In this document: positions 36,596 to 64,000 of the stretch, piece by piece | Layout: every line of letters begins with the position of its first letter | Position numbering within the stretch: position 1 is the stretch's first letter | Source of the DNA: Fimbriosthenelais zetlandica | Taxonomy: Eukaryota | Assembly (NCBI GenBank): GCA_977030845.1 | Contig: OZ365113.1 | Span: forward strand, 10,912,001 to 10,976,000 | Reading direction: 5' to 3' | DNA length: 64,000 nt | The notes under the pieces: model-generated | Seen by the model: the letters and a program-made list of their open reading frames with translations, nothing else | The model's database searches: none | Told to the model about the DNA's origin: nothing | Position numbers and translations under genes: made by a program

Positions 36596-38518
36596 TTAAT
36601 CCATTTCTTCAACTGTGGGTCCTCGGCCACAGTTGCCAGAAGGAGAGGCACCAGAGTGACAACCACCGGCGTCGCCATGGAGCTTGGTCATCACAGGATT
36701 GCACACCTTCTCCAACTCCTTCATCTCATGTTCAAACTCCTCTTTTTCAGCCAGTGAGTTGGCATCCAGCCACTTCATTGTCTCACCACACTTCTTCAGC
36801 ACAGAATCCTTGTCTTCTGAAGCTAGTTTATCATCAGCTGCTTCGTTTACAGCTTGTTGGTAACTGAACACAAGTCCTTCCAGCTGGTTCCTTGCTGTAA
36901 TCCTTTCTCTTTGCTTATCATCTTCGTCCTTGTATTTCTCTGCTTCTGAAACCATGCGATCAATATCAGCTTGGGAAAGTCTTCCGCGATCATTTGTAAT
37001 GGTGATGGTATTTGATTTCCCAGTGCTCTCATCTCGGGCTGTGACATTCAGAATGCCATTGGTGTCCACATCAAAAGTGACTTCGATCTTTGGAACACCC
37101 CTTGGTGCTGGAGGTATACCGGAGAGTTCAAAACTGCCCAGTTTGTTGTTGTCTGTCGTCATTGCTCGTTCACCTTCATACACTTGGATGGTCACTCCTG
37201 GCTGATTATCAGCGTATGTGGTGAAGGTCTGAGAAGTCTTGCTTGGAATGGTAGTGTTTCTCTTGATCAGGTTTGTCATAACTCCACCAGCTGTTTCAAT
37301 ACCAAGAGATAAAGGTGCGACATCCACAAGCAAGAGGTCATTGATTGTTTTGTCATTTACTCCAGTCAAAACAGCAGCTTGAACTGCTGCTCCATAAGCC
37401 ACAGCTTCATCTGGATTGATGCCTTTATTAAGCTCCTTACCACCCATGAACTCCTGTAGAAGTTTCTGGATTTTGGGAATCCTCGTCGATCCTCCAACCA
37501 ATACAACATCATGGATTCTAGTCTTGTCTATTTTGGCATCCCTCAAAGCCTTCTCTACAGGATCGAGGGTCTGTCTAAAGAGATCAGCACAGAGCTCTTC
37601 AAACCTGGCCCTTGTGATGGAAGTATAGAAGTCAACACCTTCATACAGGGCATCAATCTCTATGTTAGCCTGAGCACTGTTGGACAGAGTACGTTTAGCT
37701 CTTTCACAAGCTGTTCTCAGCCTGCGAAGAGCACGGGCGTTGGAGCTCAGATCTTTCTTGTATTTCCTTCTGAATTCTTCTTTGAAGTGAGCTACCATGC
37801 GGTTATCAAAGTCCTCTCCGCCCAAATGGGTGTCTCCAGCTGTGGCTCTAACCTCAAACATGGATCCCTCACTTACAGTCAAGATGCTCACATCAAAGGT
37901 GCCACCTCCAAGATCAAAGATCAGAACATTCTTCTCACCTGACAAGTTCTTGTCCAGTCCATAAGCCAGAGCAGCAGCAGTGGGTTCATTGATGATCCTC
38001 AATACATTAAGTCCAGCTATAGCTCCAGCATCTTTGGTGGCTTGACGCTGAGAGTCGTTGAAATAAGCTGGGACGGTGACTACAGCATCAGTCACTTTTG
38101 ATCCAAGGTATGCTTCAGCAATTTCTTTCATTTTCACCAAAACCATAGAGCTGATTTCCTCAGGAGCGAAGCTTTTTTCCTCACCCTTGTGCTCTGCTTC
38201 TATTCTCGGTTTTCCTCCATCATTCCTGACAGAGAATGGCCACTGCTTCATGTCCCTCTGCACTGTCTCATCAGTGAATTTCCTTCCGATCAGTCGTTTA
38301 GCATCAAAGATGGTGTTCTTTGCGTTCATGGCAGCTTGGTTCTTTGCTGCGTCTCCAATGAGACGCTCAGTGTCTGTAAAGGCCACATAACTGGGAGTTG
38401 TTCTGTTGCCCTGGTCGTTAGCAATTATTTCCACTTTCCCATGCTGGAAAACTCCCACACAGGAATAGGTTGTTCCAAGGTCAATGCCAATGGCTGGTGC
38501 AATGTTCTTTCCAGACAT
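36596..38518 (-). CDS. HSP70: Cytosolic heat-inducible HSP70, intronless, 640 aa
   Basis: Uninterrupted ORF. The true ATG is at 38518 ([19 protein letters not shown]); the track's start at 38548 is a TTG. All three HSP70 signatures are present ([37 protein letters not shown]), along with RARFEEL. There are no GGMP repeats, and the C-terminus is GPTVEEMD. Confidence 0.98.
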   Translation of the reverse strand: MSGKNIAPAIGIDLGTTYSCVGVFQHGKVEIIANDQGNRTTPSYVAFTDTERLIGDAAKNQAAMNAKNTIFDAKRLIGRKFTDETVQRDMKQWPFSVRNDGGKPRIEAEHKGEEKSFAPEEISSMVLVKMKEIAEAYLGSKVTDAVVTVPAYFNDSQRQATKDAGAIAGLNVLRIINEPTAAALAYGLDKNLSGEKNVLIFDLGGGTFDVSILTVSEGSMFEVRATAGDTHLGGEDFDNRMVAHFKEEFRRKYKKDLSSNARALRRLRTACERAKRTLSNSAQANIEIDALYEGVDFYTSITRARFEELCADLFRQTLDPVEKALRDAKIDKTRIHDVVLVGGSTRIPKIQKLLQEFMGGKELNKGINPDEAVAYGAAVQAAVLTGVNDKTINDLLLVDVAPLSLGIETAGGVMTNLIKRNTTIPSKTSQTFTTYADNQPGVTIQVYEGERAMTTDNNKLGSFELSGIPPAPRGVPKIEVTFDVDTNGILNVTARDESTGKSNTITITNDRGRLSQADIDRMVSEAEKYKDEDDKQRERITARNQLEGLVFSYQQAVNEAADDKLASEDKDSVLKKCGETMKWLDANSLAEKEEFEHEMKELEKVCNPVMTKLHGDAGGCHSGASPSGNCGRGPTVEEMD

Positions 38519-38714
38519 TTTCTTTTCTTCTTCAGAATATAACTCCAACTGTCAAAGTTCCTATTTCCTCAATATGTATTCCTTCGGTAGACTCAGTATC
38601 TCCTGTGCTTGCTGGATATTTTGTCACTTGCCAATAGAGGTATACAGTTATAATGCTTTTCTGTATAACTATGTAGGCCTACCTCTTGTCTTTACTGCTG
38701 TGAAAGAATCGGTG

Positions 38715-38892
38715 ATCTGATGAGCAGTTAGGCCCAGGCTGGTTATATATTGTCAGGGACCATCATCCAGGACCTTCTGTCCACCACCAGAGTGTTCCAA
38801 ACCACGCGTGAACCTTCGGCATGGTTCTGGAATCTTCCACCAGTTTCTGGAACATTCTCCATACTGACTGAATCATAGAGAATCATCTGGAG
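38715..38892 (-). promoter_or_regulatory. HSP70 heat-shock promoter: Inr, TATA and heat-shock elements
   Basis: Minus-strand TATATAA at 38749-38743 lies 31 bp upstream of the A of an Inr-like TCAGAT (38718). Perfect three-unit HSEs TTCtgGAAtcTTC (38825-38837) and TTCtgGAAcaTTC (38845-38857) are accompanied by further in-phase GAA/TTC units. Confidence 0.9.
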
Positions 38893-41800
38893 ACCAGACT
38901 ATGGCGACATCTACAGTAAAGTAAAGGAACTAGAGTTACCATTTCACGGGAAGAACTACAATCATAGATAATCATTATAGGTGAGAGGCTTGAATGTTTT
39001 GATATTATTTTATATACTCAATATAGCGTTAATATATAGCGTTTGTGTGACAAATAACATGAAACCCAAGTTTTGTATGATGCATAAATGCATCGCACTT
39101 TTACTCGCTTTAAGAGGGCAGCCTTGAGTCTATGGACACGAGGCCAGTATATGATTATCAACTGTAATTTCATATACAAAAATAATGCAAGTACAACAAA
39201 TCACATCAGAACAAAAAAGACTGTTCAGCAGTGACAATAATCAATGATCACATAACAATGCAGAGTTGATGGAACTGTAAAAGAAGAAATCCACTTCTTT
39301 CTCATGAGTGTGTGAACCTTCAATCAATACACCATTAACTCTTTCTGGACTATAAATGGATAACATTCTAGTGGATGGCTCATTACCAGACAATAAAATA
39401 AGAACGATTCATATATTAGTAATCATTAATCCATTCACAGAACACAGATCCCAACAAGCATCCCTGTTTTGAATCAAACAAAAGTAAACGTCTATGAGGA
39501 ATCATAATTTTTATGATGTCCACGACCCCATTTGGCATACTATATTCTGAAACAAGGGTCACTCGGGAAACACTAAGTAACACACACAAATTAATCACAA
39601 TGCTTCACCCTACTACACATTGTCATAAATACATCTGAAATTATAACGTGATCCAATGGACCTGTAGCATATAATTTATCATTTTTCCACTGTCAACAAT
39701 AATTGTAAATTGAAGCAAGTTTGAGACAAATGGGCAGGAAAAACATAGCTGGCAGAAATAACTATCCCACAGAAATGACAAAAAGAGAGAATTATGCTCA
39801 CGAGGTTATATAAAAGATTGATGACATAATTATATCATGTCAGGTTCAACTCATAAGGCCCGAGGCTTGAAGTAACTGAAGCCATTATGAAAGGATATAT
39901 CTATAAGAAACATGGTGCATTTCATATACATATATTGAAAAAGTAGATTCAGAGAAATGACATTACAACAAGATACAATAGGGGCACGTAAGACATTATA
40001 AATGCGATTATTGCCAAGCTGAACAAGATATGTACGTTAGAAGTCCAAGAGATGGGACTTGTAAACGATCGCATAATCACATGAACATATCCCAATCTTG
40101 ATTCTTACATAAAATATTGGCAGAGATTTAGACAAATCCTGGCTATAGCAAAGATGAATGGTATATATAAGTATATATGATATTAACATAAATATCATAC
40201 ATAATCATATAAAGTGACTAAAAGTCTCTTTTCTTTTGTAATATAATAAATTCCGCACCCTTATATTTGCTCACTCATGTGACCAGACCTTTGTTTGGGA
40301 CATCTGTTTTCTTCGTACCTAACCCTAATGTGAAACCATATAAATCGCACAAAGAAAAGGCATCTCGTATGGAGATTGACAGAGATAGACCTAGAGTAGT
40401 AAAACATGGGATGATTGTGAACTCAGTCACATTTTTCTCAACAGAAGAATCAGACAGAAAAGATTCTCCCATTTCTACCTTGATACACTAACCCTACCAA
40501 AAGGAAAGGACTTGAAAATCTCTTGATACTGATTGTCATCTCATTTCAACTTTTAAAAAATCATACTACGAAGACTATCCATAAGTTAACAGCCATCCCA
40601 GGTATTCACGAGATTGCTACCTATCTAAACTAATGATTATGTCCTACACTAAATCCCCCATGGAATGGCATTTCCTGTGGGACTAGAGAAATCTGATCCT
40701 ATCGGTAAATATAGAGATGAGAGAAGTCCATTATATCCGTTTGTACAATAGTATTTGTCATAAGATGGGAAGGCCTGAAAAGATGCTTCTGGGTTATTAA
40801 GTGACGCAGGTTTAAGTTATTCTTTACATTTCATGTAGCATTGTCATCACCTGATACAGGTAACTATAAAACATTGACCCCCATAATGTACAAAGTATGT
40901 CAGAGTTCTCTAAATAATACATGGAATTTTACCAGATGCTTGTGAAGATGTAACAGTATTGAAGTGCAGTACAACCAGTGTTAAGGCATTAGCTGGTGCA
41001 TGGCGTTATATCATACAATTAAATAAGGGCGAGAAAATCAAAATCACAGCCAACTAATCAGCATCAATTTAATAAATGTCTGGGGACAATAGGTATAGAT
41101 AACTTTTGATTGATTTAGCCTTTAAGGCAGAATCGATGAAAATAACCGTGTTGCGTCAAAATGATGGGGTACACAAAGGTTGCCAGAAAAACATATAACA
41201 AATTGGAATATCAATTTAAGTATAAATGATATATTGTGAATTTCCTAGAAATGTTTGGTATTTGGGAACCATTTGAAATGCGTTTATTCAAAAACTGGAG
41301 GTTAGAGTTGTAGCCGTGATCCAGTCAACGCTTTAACACTTTATGACTCTCATTCAGGATATGTAGCAAGAATGCCTCAGCCAATGTCAGATGTAAAACA
41401 ATGCGTTTTACATCCGACACGCTAGCCTGGCATATCATCGTGAAATGAGTATACACCGAGAAAAAACAGATCTATTCATATCACATAAACCGTTTACAAA
41501 GCGTTTAGAAAATGTAACAAAATGTAACCCAAATGCCACTTTGCAACGTCTTACAGAACCCCTGCAGTGTGTCCATTCAATATACACATCTGAAGTAAGA
41601 ATTACAGTGAGAATACCTTCTTCAGATATTCATGTCTGGTTCCCATGCTAGATATTACATTTATTGCCTTCCATATGTTTCAAGAGATACCATTGTGTTA
41701 ATATATATAATAATATATTTCCTGTTAAACTTTGCCTTAGTCATGACCTTGTAAATCTGTGATTTGCAACTCAGCAGCATAACAGACACGTGAAAGCAAA

Positions 41801-43442
41801 ACCAATTGGAATTTTTATAAAAAAAAGAAAAAAGAAAAAAAAAGGAATTGAACTGAGGTACGGGTATCTTAATTTGTAGATAAAGTAATGAAGAGGGATT
41901 AGTTAGACACTGGTATAATGGAGTGAGATGTACTGATGCTGAAGTGCTGAAACTCATTCTAATAGAACAGGTAATCATTTTCTAAATGAATGCAGGGACC
42001 ACGACCTTTCCTATTAAAACGGCATTAAAGCTCCCAGCGGAAACAAATAGGAGGAAATTATGGGGTCCGGATTTCTTTGGGGTCGGGGGTAGAAGGAGGA
42101 AAATTTGCACAGTATTAGAACATTGGGTAATAACCCTAGGAAGAATACGATCTCATATTTAAAATATAGATCAATTTAGATCACTATAACATCAGGTTTC
42201 ATGTACAAGGGACTATTTTTTTCTGGAATATACAGGACCCCATGTTAATTTTAATATATTTATGCAGGTAGTCCTATGTATGATAATTTGATATTGTAAG
42301 GCGAGTTCTCATTGGAACAGAAGCAGGCAGGGATTGGGACTGGGAGGTAAGGAGCAAAGACTGGCAGGTTGAGAAGGACACAGGCCACTATTTAGACGAT
42401 TATAAGAATATAAACCAGTCATGATCAATAGAATCCTTGTATTAACTTTCCTCTTGTCGTACTGTGGTTATGTATGCTGAAGTGCAAGTATGAAGAATGG
42501 ATTATTTTGTTTTGTACATATAACATATTTGTATATTGATGTCTGTGTGTATCGTGCATGTATGTGAGTGAAGTTTGTGTTAGGTATGTAATGTACATGC
42601 ACATAATGTACACCCGTCGAGAATGCACGTCCAGATATACACATTACGTGTGCTTAATCGATGTACGTTGGGCCAGTAATCACATTTCCATGTGCATGTT
42701 CATTTCATATGTGTTGTAGGAAACGACTGCATTTGATCTGTCAGAATCGGGGCCTGGGAATATATTCAATCCATGCGATTAACGGAATCTTATCATATGT
42801 GAAAAGACTCCCTCTCTCTCTCTCTTCTCTATCTCCACAGCCTATTTTTTTTTCAACACACCAACGTTCAAAGCTCTAGTATTCTTTAGAGAACCACTCC
42901 TTTTCCTTGTGTGCATCACCATGTACTATACTGGTCCATGTGACGATATAATAGCACAATAAGAGATAACCAATTTCCACCATCGAAACATAAAAACTGA
43001 GACACTGCAGCGGAGCAAAAGTGATGCCTGCATGTCACTCTACCTTGCATCAACACTCTACCTCCTTTCTTATATCCTCAAAACATTTTCGGAGAATTCA
43101 ACAAGTAAATAATGAGGTTGTATATAGTACACAGACCCCGGCATTATGTGCTGAGCACAATATTGCATTTTGAATATTAAGCCAGAACAACTGTGTCGTC
43201 CCGCCGTCCATCGTCCACCATTGTGACTCCCATACAGTCATTAGTTTGTCAATGTTTTCCTCGACTGGGGACAAGGATGTCTTTTGGTTGTTCTTTTGGT
43301 TGTACATCCCTGGTGAACGTCATTTTTACTGGTGAAACCAAGGCTCCTTCCAATGTATTCCTCACAACTGTCCGCCTGACCAAATAGCTGGTGATATATA
43401 AATAGAGTTTGTATACATGTATATGTGGCTGCCCGGGTTCCT

Positions 43443-63999
<20,557 letters not shown>

Positions 64000-64000
64000 A

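Noticed and set aside
36519-38548. HSP70 start at 38548 and antisense ORFs over HSP70
   Set aside because: 38548 is TTG and the first ATG is 38518. Antisense frames are a known by-product of HSP70 codon structure.

Overview
AT-rich eukaryotic DNA from an invertebrate animal; the taxon cannot be fixed from sequence alone. Most of the six-frame ORF track is noise, because the real genes are spliced. By hand I reconstructed six protein-coding genes with GT-AG introns and consistent phases: (1) the 3' half of a hexa-EF-hand calbindin/calretinin/secretagogin-family gene (+); (2) RAB5IF/C20orf24 (-), head-to-head with (3) DCAF17 (+, 14 coding exons); (4) a LAP2beta/TMPO-like LEM-like+LEM+TM nuclear-envelope gene (-); (5) an intronless inducible HSP70 (-) with a TATA box and a long in-phase heat-shock-element lattice; (6) most of a CaMKI gene (-, 5' end outside the window). 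The most unusual structure fills intron 1 of the LEM gene. It is a ~6.5 kb element with Helentron/HINE-like ends (5' hairpin + (TTA)n, 3' sub-terminal repeat + hairpin). Its interior is three apparently identical 2,094-bp units, each a higher-order repeat of older monomers carrying four tRNA-Leu(UAA)-bodied cassettes with switched anticodons (TGA or TGT) and six TGACGTCA sites. Other oddities are promoter-proximal clustering of the palindromes TAGGCCTA and TACCGGTA, a CAGTGGCGTA-ended element flanked by a 54-bp direct repeat, a near-perfect 135-bp foldback, four MITEs with TAA/TTA target duplications, and an E-box minisatellite. Family assignments rest on remembered consensus motifs, not database searches, and motif counts are by eye.
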